Translations under genes and position numbers: made by a program
Source: Verrucomicrobiia bacterium
GTDB lineage: Bacteria; Verrucomicrobiota; Verrucomicrobiia; Limisphaerales; JADJPG01
DNA length: 64,000 bases
Direction of reading: 5' to 3'
NCBI GenBank assembly: GCA_035577805.1
Contig: DATLUX010000500.1
Location: 19,643 to 83,642, forward strand
Shown here: positions 55,371 through 62,830 of the stretch, piece by piece
Numbering within the stretch: position 1 is the first letter of the stretch
Layout of the letters: every line of letters starts with the position of its first letter
Notes under the pieces: model-generated
The model's input: only the letters and a program-made list of their open reading frames with translations
What the model was told of the DNA's origin: nothing
Database searches by the model: none

Positions 55371-55575
55371 GGACAAGCTCCTTTCCAGCGGAGGGACGTC
55401 TGCTGCTCGAATTCCAATCCTGGCGCCGATGGCGAATGTGACGCGACGTGACGCATGGTACGGGTTAACCCTAGCCAGCCCGACCGCTATCGTCAGCAGG
55501 AATTTGTGACGAAAACGCTTGCTCCCGTCCGGTCGGTTGCTAGATTCGCGCCCTCTTTCTTCGGAACTGATCGAT

Positions 55576-56520
55576 GTGAAACTGTTTAGCGGCAACTCCA
55601 ATTTGCCTTTGTCCCGGGCTATTGCGGCTTCCATCGGCATCGAACTGGGTAATTGCGCCGTCACCTCGTTCCCCGACGGGGAGACTTTCGTGAAGATTAA
55701 CGAAAACGTCCGCGGCGAGGACGTTTTCATCCTGCAATCAACCAGCCCGCCGACCAACCATCATCTGATGGAGTTATTCATCATGATTGATGCGGTCCGC
55801 CGGGCCAGCGCCTCGCGCATCACGGCCGTCCTGCCCTTCTATGGTTATGCGCGGCAGGACCGCAAGGATCAACCCCGGGTTCCCATCACCGCCAAGCTCG
55901 TAGCCAACCTGCTCGTGGCCGCCGGCGCCAACCGTGTGTTAACCATGGATTTGCACGCCCAACAGATCCAAGGTTTCTTCGACATCCCCGTTGACCATCT
56001 CTATGCCGCTCCGGTCATGTATGAATACCTCAAGTCTAAGAAACTCACGGACTTGGTCGTGGTTAGCCCGGATGTGGGCGGGTTAAAGATGGCTCACGCC
56101 TATTCCCAGGTGCTGGATGCCAGCCTCGCCATCGTCGCCAAACGCCGCAAAAATGCCACCGAAGTCGAATCGGTCGCTGTGATCGGCGATATCCGAGGCA
56201 AAAACGTGCTGATGGTCGATGACCTGACCGAAACCGCTGGTACTCTTACCAATGCCGCCCACCTCCTGCGCAAACGCGGGGCCAAGAAGATTTTTGCCTG
56301 CGTTTCCCACGCCATTCTCAGCGATTTAGGCGTCGAAAGACTCCGGAAATCAAAGATTGACGAACTTATCACGACTGATACTGTCCTCCGCCCTGCGATC
56401 GACGGGGTGCATATTCGCACTTTGACGGTCGCCGGTTTGCTGGGCGAAGCCATCAAGCGAATCAACAGTAATTCGTCGGTGACTTCGCTGTTTGAATTTA
56501 AGGGCGGGCGCACCAGCTGA
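55576..56520 (+). CDS. prs: Ribose-phosphate diphosphokinase
   Basis: A GTG start gives 'VKLFSGNSNLPLSRAIA'. 'YGYARQDRK', 'DLHAQQIQGFF' and 'VLMVDDLTETAGTL' PRPP-binding motifs. Confidence 0.9.
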   Translation: MKLFSGNSNLPLSRAIAASIGIELGNCAVTSFPDGETFVKINENVRGEDVFILQSTSPPTNHHLMELFIMIDAVRRASASRITAVLPFYGYARQDRKDQPRVPITAKLVANLLVAAGANRVLTMDLHAQQIQGFFDIPVDHLYAAPVMYEYLKSKKLTDLVVVSPDVGGLKMAHAYSQVLDASLAIVAKRRKNATEVESVAVIGDIRGKNVLMVDDLTETAGTLTNAAHLLRKRGAKKIFACVSHAILSDLGVERLRKSKIDELITTDTVLRPAIDGVHIRTLTVAGLLGEAIKRINSNSSVTSLFEFKGGRTS

Positions 56521-56556
56521 CGCTGGCGTCGCTCCTGCTTAAGCTGATTTGCGAAC

Positions 56557-57330
56557 ATGAAATCTGTACCATTGACCGCCTACTCACGCACCCTCACCCG
56601 TCGTGGGGGGGCTAAAAAACTGCGCGCCTCCGGCCGCATCCCTGCCGTCATCTACGGTGCGAAAACCAAGCCCGAAAACCTTGAGGTCGATCGCAAGGCC
56701 TTGGAAGATCTCATCCACCACTCTGCCTCGGAGAATCTTCTGGTTGATTTGACCGTTGACAAACAAACCGCCAAACGCCTGGCCCTCGTTCAGGAGGTCC
56801 AACACTTCGCCCTGACCGGCCAGGTCCTGCACATCGATTTGCACGAGATCTCCGAGAACGAAAAGGTCACCGTCATGGTCCCGGTCGAGCCCGTCGGCGA
56901 AGCCGTCGGCGTCAAAACCGGCGGCGGCGTGCTCGAACACGTCCTCTTCAAGGTCAAAGTCCGCTGCCTGCCCAAGGATCTTCCGGAGCAAATCCACGTC
57001 GACGTGACTAACCTCGAAATCGGCAAGGCCATTCATATCGGCGACATGCAACCGCCGCCGGGCGTGGAGATCCTCGGAGATAAACATATCTCCGTGCTGG
57101 CCGTCGCCGCCCCCATCACCGAAGCCGAGGAGCAAGCCGCCGAAGCCGCCCTCGCCACCCCAGGCGAAGTCGAGATGATCAAAGAGAAGAAGGAAGAAGG
57201 TGAAGCGGCCCCAGCCGAGAAAGCCTCGGCCAAGGATACGGACAAAGACAAAGACAAGGACAAAGACAAAGACAAAGACAAGGGCGCCGCCAAGCCCGAA
57301 GAAAAGAAGCCGGCCGAAAAGAAGAAATAA
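56557..57330 (+). CDS. rplY: 50S ribosomal protein L25/general stress protein Ctc, with an acidic/Lys-rich tail
   Basis: 'RGGAKKLRASGRIPAVIYG' L25 N-terminus plus the Ctc C-domain. Tail 'KEKKEEGEAAPAEKASAKDT(DK)7GAAKPEEKKPAEKKK'. Confidence 0.9.
   Translation: MKSVPLTAYSRTLTRRGGAKKLRASGRIPAVIYGAKTKPENLEVDRKALEDLIHHSASENLLVDLTVDKQTAKRLALVQEVQHFALTGQVLHIDLHEISENEKVTVMVPVEPVGEAVGVKTGGGVLEHVLFKVKVRCLPKDLPEQIHVDVTNLEIGKAIHIGDMQPPPGVEILGDKHISVLAVAAPITEAEEQAAEAALATPGEVEMIKEKKEEGEAAPAEKASAKDTDKDKDKDKDKDKDKGAAKPEEKKPAEKKK
57241..57282 (+). repeat. In-frame hexanucleotide microsatellite (GACAAR)x7 encoding (Asp-Lys)7
   Basis: gacaaagacaaagacaaggacaaagacaaagacaaagacaag, inside the rplY 3' region. Confidence 0.95.
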
Positions 57331-57465
57331 GGCTCAAAGAAAGCGCACACAGGCGGCAAAGATTATCACCAACCCATCGTTGCGCCTCCCAAGACAGGTC
57401 AAGTGCCGAAGCCAATGCCGGTGGTGGTGGTCATGGTGGTCGCGACTTAAGCCCCGGCACCCGGT

Positions 57466-58083
57466 ATGGAGACTCCGTATCTCATCGTGGGGCTGGGCAA
57501 TCCGGGACGGCACTACGCGCGCACCCGTCACAATGCCGGTTTTATGGTGCTGGACCGGCTCGCCCGCTCTTGGCGTGTGGAATGGCGCAGCGACAAAAAG
57601 TTCCAGGCGCATGTGGCCCGGACCGAACGCGATGGCCGCAAGATCATCTTGTGCCAGCCAGACACGTTCATGAACGCCAGCGGCGAAGCGGTTGCCGCGC
57701 TGGCCAATTTCCAGAAGATACCGCCCCGGCATGTGCTGGTGGTGGTTGACGACGCGGATCTGCTTCTGGGCCAATTGCGGCTGCGGCCCGACGGGCGCAG
57801 TGGCGGCCATCATGGCCTCGAATCGATCGAAAGCCATTTGGGCACCCGAGAATATGCCCGGCAACGCATCGGGATCGGGCGGCAGGAGCCGGGGACGGCA
57901 GGGACCCCAGGCCAGGTCCACCGCGAGATCAGCGGGTATGTGCTTTCGCCCTTTCGCGCGGAAGAGAAGGAATTGGTGGAAAAAGTTTTGCAAAAAGCCT
58001 GCGACCAGATTGAATGCTGGCTTGCCGAAGGCGCGGCGAAAGCCATGAACCGCCATAACGGCGCTGTGAAAGCGGAAAGCTAA
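57466..58083 (+). CDS. pth: Peptidyl-tRNA hydrolase
   Basis: 'YLIVGLGNPGRHYARTRHNAGFMVLD' and 'HGGHHGLESI' motifs. Confidence 0.9.
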   Translation: METPYLIVGLGNPGRHYARTRHNAGFMVLDRLARSWRVEWRSDKKFQAHVARTERDGRKIILCQPDTFMNASGEAVAALANFQKIPPRHVLVVVDDADLLLGQLRLRPDGRSGGHHGLESIESHLGTREYARQRIGIGRQEPGTAGTPGQVHREISGYVLSPFRAEEKELVEKVLQKACDQIECWLAEGAAKAMNRHNGAVKAES

Positions 58084-58147
58084 ATTAAAGCTACTGAAAG
58101 ACCGGGAACCGGCACGAGACGCAACGACAACGACGAAAGGCATCCGA

Positions 58148-58468
58148 GTGAAACGATACGAAGGGTTGTTCATCCTGAATACCTCCGCCAAAGAGGAGGG
58201 CATCAAGGAAACCATCGACAAGATCTCCGCCGAGATCGGCCTCGCTGGCGGCAAGGTCGAGACCGTCCAGAAGATGGAAAAACGCTCGTTCAGCCGCGTG
58301 GCGGACAAGCGGTATTCGTCGGGGTTTTATGTGAATGTGATCTTCGAAGGGGCGCCCACCACATTGACCACGCTCCATCATAAGTTTGCCCTGAGTGAAG
58401 ACGTGTTCCGCGTGCTCTTCACCACCGCCCCTGCGCCCAAGCCGATCCCCGCCACGCAACTCACTTAA
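58148..58468 (+). CDS. rpsF: 30S ribosomal protein S6
   Basis: A GTG start gives 'MKRYEGLFILN...' with S6-like length and pattern. It lies upstream of ssb. Confidence 0.85.
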   Translation: MKRYEGLFILNTSAKEEGIKETIDKISAEIGLAGGKVETVQKMEKRSFSRVADKRYSSGFYVNVIFEGAPTTLTTLHHKFALSEDVFRVLFTTAPAPKPIPATQLT

Positions 58469-58488
58469 ACCTCTTTTCTTCCTGACCC

Positions 58489-58935
58489 ATGGCCAACTTC
58501 AATCGAGTCATTCTTGCAGGCAACCTCACTCGCGACCCGGAATTGCGTTACACCCCCAAAGGCACGGCCGTAACCAAGCTCGGTCTGGCCATCAACCGCG
58601 TCTACACCACCGAAAGCGGTGAGAAAAAGGAGGAAGTCACCTTCGTCGATGTCGATGCCTTTGCCCGCCAAGCCGAGGTGATTAGCCAGTACCTCAAGAA
58701 AGGCCGCCCGATCCTCATCGAAGGCCGCTTGCGCCAGGATACCTGGGACGACAAAGCCACCGGCCAAAAACGCAGCAAGCTCAGCGTCATCCTCGAGAAT
58801 TTCCAGTTCCTCGATTCCGGACGCGGCGAACGTTCCGGTCCGCCCTCCGGCAGCGCGGGCCCCAGCCCGGCTCCGGTCACTTCGCCCGTCGATAATGCGG
58901 AGCCTGCACCCACCGAAGATGATGTGCCGTTCTGA
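58489..58935 (+). CDS. ssb: Single-stranded DNA-binding protein
   Basis: 'MANFNRVILAGNLTRDPELRYTPKGTAV' OB fold, a Gly/Pro-rich linker and the acidic tip 'EDDVPF'. Confidence 0.9.
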   Translation: MANFNRVILAGNLTRDPELRYTPKGTAVTKLGLAINRVYTTESGEKKEEVTFVDVDAFARQAEVISQYLKKGRPILIEGRLRQDTWDDKATGQKRSKLSVILENFQFLDSGRGERSGPPSGSAGPSPAPVTSPVDNAEPAPTEDDVPF

Positions 58936-59007
58936 AAACGGCGCGCTTTCGAAAGACCAAGTTAATCTAACTATCGCTCCCTGGTATCCACTTTAACTCC
59001 GCGTCCT

Positions 59008-59649
59008 ATGCCAAAAACTGAAGTCATCCTCACTCATAACATCGTCGGCCTGGGCGGCGAATCCGATCAAGTCAAGGTCGCTGCCGGCTACGCGCGCAAT
59101 TTCCTTTTCCCCCAGGGCCTGGCCATTCCGCTGACCCAAAGCAACAAGCGCCAACTCGAAGTCCTCCGCCAACGCCGCGCGGAACGCGAAGCCCACGAAT
59201 ACAACACCATGAGCGAACTGGCCAAGAGCATCACCAAACTGACCTGCTTGGTGAAAGTGAAGACGGGCGATGACGGCAAAGTCTTCGGCAGCGTCACCAG
59301 CGGCACCATCGCCGATGAACTCAAGCATCAGTTCGATATTTCCCTCGATAAGAAAAAAATCCACCTCGACCATCCCATCCGCACCCTCGGCGAGCATGAG
59401 ATCGAATTGCGCCTGCACCCGGAAGTGAAAGCCACCCTCAAGGTGCACGTTGAAAGCACCACTCCCCAGCCCGTCCCGACCCACGAGGCCACAGCAGCGC
59501 CGGCCGCCGGTGAAAAGCCCGTCGGGCCGCGCACCGAAAAACGGGGCCGGCGCAGCGATGCCAAGGCGGAAAAAGTCGATAAAGAAGCCAAACCCGAAGC
59601 CGAAGCCAAGCCGGTCGGAAAAGCCAAACGGCCGGAAAAAACCAAGTAA
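59008..59649 (+). CDS. rplI: 50S ribosomal protein L9 with a Lys/Ala/Pro/Glu-rich C-terminal extension
   Basis: 'VILTHNIVGLGGESDQVKVAAGYARNFLFPQGLAIP' L9 N-domain plus the C-domain. An extra tail of roughly 60 aa, 'TTPQPVPTHEATAAPAAGEKPVG...KAKRPEKTK'. Confidence 0.9.
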   Translation: MPKTEVILTHNIVGLGGESDQVKVAAGYARNFLFPQGLAIPLTQSNKRQLEVLRQRRAEREAHEYNTMSELAKSITKLTCLVKVKTGDDGKVFGSVTSGTIADELKHQFDISLDKKKIHLDHPIRTLGEHEIELRLHPEVKATLKVHVESTTPQPVPTHEATAAPAAGEKPVGPRTEKRGRRSDAKAEKVDKEAKPEAEAKPVGKAKRPEKTK

Positions 59650-59698
59650 AAGGGTCTGTCCTAGCCGCGGATCGCACCCCTTTCTTGTCGCAGTTTGG

Positions 59699-60217
59699 TT
59701 ACGGGGAATCGTCGGACAGTTGGGCGAGGATTTCCTCCATCACCAAAGCCAGGAAATGGATCTGAAAGAGGGCGTTTTGTTGGGCAGCTGGCAGCGTGGC
59801 GATATCGGTGGGTGAGTGCAGATCCATTTCCGTCTGGCCAATGTCCGATCCACTGGCGGCCAGCAACCGTTGATCATTGAGAGCCGTCAGCAGCGTCGCC
59901 GCGTCGTGCAGCTTCACGCGCAACTGAACATGACCTTCCTGGGGCGCGGCCAGTTGCCCACACCATTGCTCCAGTAAGGGCAGACAGTTGCCCTTAATCT
60001 CCCGCAGGTTGGCCACCCATTCCTGAGTTTCCTCCGCGGTCATGCCCGCTGACTTACAGCCGCGGGTCGAATACCAGGCGGAGGCCACCCTGGGGTCCAG
60101 TTCCTCCGGACGGCAGGTGTAATTCCTTCGGATCTGCTCCAGCACATGCCGGAGAATGCGGCACTCCAATAAATTAAAGGAGAGGGTCAGATGATCCGTT
60201 TGTCGGCTCGTGCGCAT
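59699..60217 (-). CDS. Hypothetical protein co-transcribed with clpS
   Basis: 172-aa ORF starting 3 nt after the clpS stop. Helical and acidic at the C-terminus. No family I can name with confidence. Confidence 0.55.
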   Translation of the reverse strand: MRTSRQTDHLTLSFNLLECRILRHVLEQIRRNYTCRPEELDPRVASAWYSTRGCKSAGMTAEETQEWVANLREIKGNCLPLLEQWCGQLAAPQEGHVQLRVKLHDAATLLTALNDQRLLAASGSDIGQTEMDLHSPTDIATLPAAQQNALFQIHFLALVMEEILAQLSDDSP

Positions 60218-60220
60218 GGT

Positions 60221-60517
60221 TCAGGTCTGCTCTTCGAGGGTCACAATCAGGCCGTGGGCCTGGATCTGTTGATGGTAAAGCTCCGCTTTCTCGCGCGTCT
60301 CCGTGGCGACCACGCTTTTGCCCTGATGATGCACCTCCAGCATGTGTTTGGTCGCCCGTTCCTTCGTGAAAGCCAGCACTTTCATGAACACAAACACCAC
60401 GTAACTCATCAGGTTCACCGGGTCATTCCAGGTGATAACATTCCATTTCTTTTCGAAGGCCTCCTTTACCTTCTCTTCAGTGGGTTCGACTATTTCCGGC
60501 AATGCCTCAATACTCAT
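60221..60517 (-). CDS. clpS: ATP-dependent Clp protease adaptor ClpS
   Basis: 'WNVITWNDPVNLMSYVVFVFMKVLAFTKERATKHMLEVHHQGKSVV' is the ClpS core. Confidence 0.85.
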   Translation of the reverse strand: MSIEALPEIVEPTEEKVKEAFEKKWNVITWNDPVNLMSYVVFVFMKVLAFTKERATKHMLEVHHQGKSVVATETREKAELYHQQIQAHGLIVTLEEQT

Positions 60518-60646
60518 GCGATCACCTGTTTATCCCGGCCCGGTTTTGTGGTGATAGGACAATAGGCCCCGTCGCAGGACACGTCGCCCAAGAAAGTAAC
60601 CCAGGAAAGCCTCTCTTCAACTTCGAAATGCGCTCCGCTGCATCCT

Positions 60647-60806
60647 TCCTGGCTCCTGGTTGCTAGTTCCTGGTTGCTAGTTCCTGGTTCCTAGTTCCTG
60701 GTTCCTAGTTGCTTGGTTCCCGGTATGCTGGTTGCTGGCTGATTCCTAGTTCCTGGCTCCTGGCTCCTGCTCCTTGTTCCCGCTTGCCGCTTTCCGCTTT
60801 CCGCTT
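60647..60806 (-). repeat. Long degenerate heptamer array: about 19 CCAGGAA/CTAGGAA/CTAGCAA units then GCGGAAA units (minus-strand reading)
   Basis: Plus strand reads TTCCTGG/CTCCTGG/TTGCTAG/TTCCTAG units from 60647 to 60780, then CTTGCCG, CTTTCCG, CTTTCCG to 60806. It lies between the stop of 60837-61763 and the clpS start. Confidence 0.9.
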
Positions 60807-60836
60807 TTTGGCCGTCCGCTTTTTGGCCCCCTGCTC

Positions 60837-61763
60837 CTACCGGCGCGTTGGCGCTGGGATCGGTTGAACCGTCTCGACAGGTTCAGGCGCAATAGCCGGT
60901 TGGCCATCCCCAAAACTGCTGCTGGCCGCTGAAGTTTCGGCCCATTGACGGCTGCCGTCTTTGCCGACCAGTTCTACCGCGTCGATTTCGTTCCAGCCGG
61001 GCACCCGGGCAGTGTCCAGGTAAATAACAATCGCCTGAGCCACAACTTTGTCCTTCGCCGGCACAACAAAATCCCTGGGGGCCGGCGCGGGAACTTCCGT
61101 GCCTTCCCACACCACTTGTTCGCGGCCATCGACGACGGCCGCCACCCGGCTGACCGCCCCGGGATTGTAGGTTTCACGGATCCGGATCTCGGCAATCTCG
61201 ACGGGCTTTCCGAAGCCGAGCCGCAACCATTCGGCTCCGCCATCCGGCTCGCGCGGAGCCCAGGCGGTCACGCGATCGCCGGGCTCGGGAGTGTCGGGAG
61301 CACCGGTGGCCTGTTCGTGACCCCAACTGCGACGGCCAGGAGTGCCTGGAAACGGCAGCCTCACAGGCGTCCCAGGCGCAGGACCCGCCAGAGGCTCGTT
61401 GAAGATCTTGACTTGCCGGTTGCGGAACGTGCCTGGACGAGGCGGACCGGCCTGCGGAGCTTCGCGTCTATCCATCGGAGCCGGAGTAAACATCACATCC
61501 CCGCGGGGCCGTCGACTTTCCAACTCCGCCATCGTTTGTTCGAGGCGCGCCAGCCGGCTTTCGAAGAGTTGGTGCTGCGCCGCGCCTTGTTCTTGTTCCT
61601 CGAGCAGCTTCTGTCGTTCCGCCCGAGCGAACGCAAGTTCGGAGGCGTCTCGCGCATGTTGCATCGTGAAATAGCAATAGGTGCTCGCGATGCCGATGAA
61701 AAGCCCCACCAACGCCGGTGGCCAACTCCACCGTGAGGATGGCGGAGACGAGGTCGAGTTCAT
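60837..61763 (-). CDS. Membrane-anchored hypothetical protein with a C-terminal jelly-roll-like (discoidin/galactose-binding-like?) domain
   Basis: N-terminal TM 'WPPALVGLFIGIASTYCYF', coiled-coil 'LLEEQEQGAAQHQLFESRLARLEQTMAELE', a Pro-rich linker, then 'EWLRLGFGKPVEIAEIRIRETYNPGAV...GWNEIDAVELVG'. Confidence 0.6.
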   Translation of the reverse strand: MNSTSSPPSSRWSWPPALVGLFIGIASTYCYFTMQHARDASELAFARAERQKLLEEQEQGAAQHQLFESRLARLEQTMAELESRRPRGDVMFTPAPMDRREAPQAGPPRPGTFRNRQVKIFNEPLAGPAPGTPVRLPFPGTPGRRSWGHEQATGAPDTPEPGDRVTAWAPREPDGGAEWLRLGFGKPVEIAEIRIRETYNPGAVSRVAAVVDGREQVVWEGTEVPAPAPRDFVVPAKDKVVAQAIVIYLDTARVPGWNEIDAVELVGKDGSRQWAETSAASSSFGDGQPAIAPEPVETVQPIPAPTRR

Positions 61764-61787
61764 AATCGTCGGTCCGGAAAGGGGGCG

Positions 61788-62660
61788 TCACCAGCGGGCG
61801 CCGCGGATGGCGCAGACGGCCGCCAGGGTATTGCCGATCAGGCTGAGGGCTACGGCCGAGCCCAAGCCATGCATGGCGTTGCCCGTCAGCACCCACCCGT
61901 TGAGCAGCAACCACACCACTAGCGGATGATAGTCCATTGGTTGTTTGATGGGAAGTTTGTTAATCAACCACGGCATCGTAAACGCGATCATCCCCAGCGC
62001 CGAAACGAACCACCCCAGAAAATTCACATATGGCGCCGTCTGCCAACGCAGAACCGATTGTTTACCCAGCCAGAGCCAATAGTTGTTCACTTTCACGGCG
62101 AAAGCTTCCAGGCCCACGTCAAACCACACCGCCAGCAAACAGGTCAAACCGATCACCCAATAGCCGTAGTAATTCGTCCGGCGCCACGGACGCATGATGA
62201 GCCGCGCCACCCCGCGTCCGTTGATGATCAAGATCACCCACAGCAATGGAATCGGCCACGGGACCACCCCGGCGATGCGTTCGCCCATCCGTTCGGTGTA
62301 ATAAATCGGCCCGACCGGCACGCCGGAAAGCGCCGCCACCGCGGTGATGATGGAAGCCAGCCCGCCGATCAGAAAGCCGGCCATCAACACATTTTGCAAG
62401 GGAAGCCGCCGCGCCAGGGCCAGCAGCGTGGTCGCGCAGGCCGTCACTGGAAGCAGACTCTCAATCCATCGTCCCTGGCCCGCCAGATCCACTCGCAAAA
62501 GCAACACCACCCAGTTCACGACCCAACAGACCAGGAACACAATAAAGACCGGCCGATGCCAAACCTCCACGGTCGGCGACAGACACGCCTTGGGCTCGAT
62601 GGCGGCAAGCGGCGGTACAACCACGTGCCCCGCCACCTCCTGGCTCCGGGGTTCAGGCAT
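61788..62660 (-). CDS. Polytopic membrane protein, possibly carotenoid biosynthesis protein family (DUF422)
   Basis: 290 aa with about 7 Trp-rich hydrophobic helices. 'GVPVGPIYYTERMGERIAGVVPWPIPLLWVILI' resembles the PF04240 core. The family call is tentative. Confidence 0.55.
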   Translation of the reverse strand: MPEPRSQEVAGHVVVPPLAAIEPKACLSPTVEVWHRPVFIVFLVCWVVNWVVLLLRVDLAGQGRWIESLLPVTACATTLLALARRLPLQNVLMAGFLIGGLASIITAVAALSGVPVGPIYYTERMGERIAGVVPWPIPLLWVILIINGRGVARLIMRPWRRTNYYGYWVIGLTCLLAVWFDVGLEAFAVKVNNYWLWLGKQSVLRWQTAPYVNFLGWFVSALGMIAFTMPWLINKLPIKQPMDYHPLVVWLLLNGWVLTGNAMHGLGSAVALSLIGNTLAAVCAIRGARW

Positions 62661-62830
62661 GGCGTGAGCTTAACCCATTCCACCGACGCGACTCAAGGGA
62701 ACGAAAAGGCCAACAAGGCCAACTGCGTAAACTGCCGTGCTTGGCTCGGAGCGTTGGAGCACGCGTGTGAACGCGTGAACGCGGCTCCGTTTGACATTGC
62801 GAACGCCGCCGCGCAAGCTCGGCCAAGACT

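Noticed and set aside
60647-60806. Considered whether the heptamer arrays (also 4529, 9265, 43560, 48085, 50652) could be CRISPR arrays or telomere-like repeats.
   Set aside because: The units are 7 nt with no spacers, and no cas genes are nearby, so this is not CRISPR. The arrays are internal to a gene-dense chromosome segment, so they are not telomeric.
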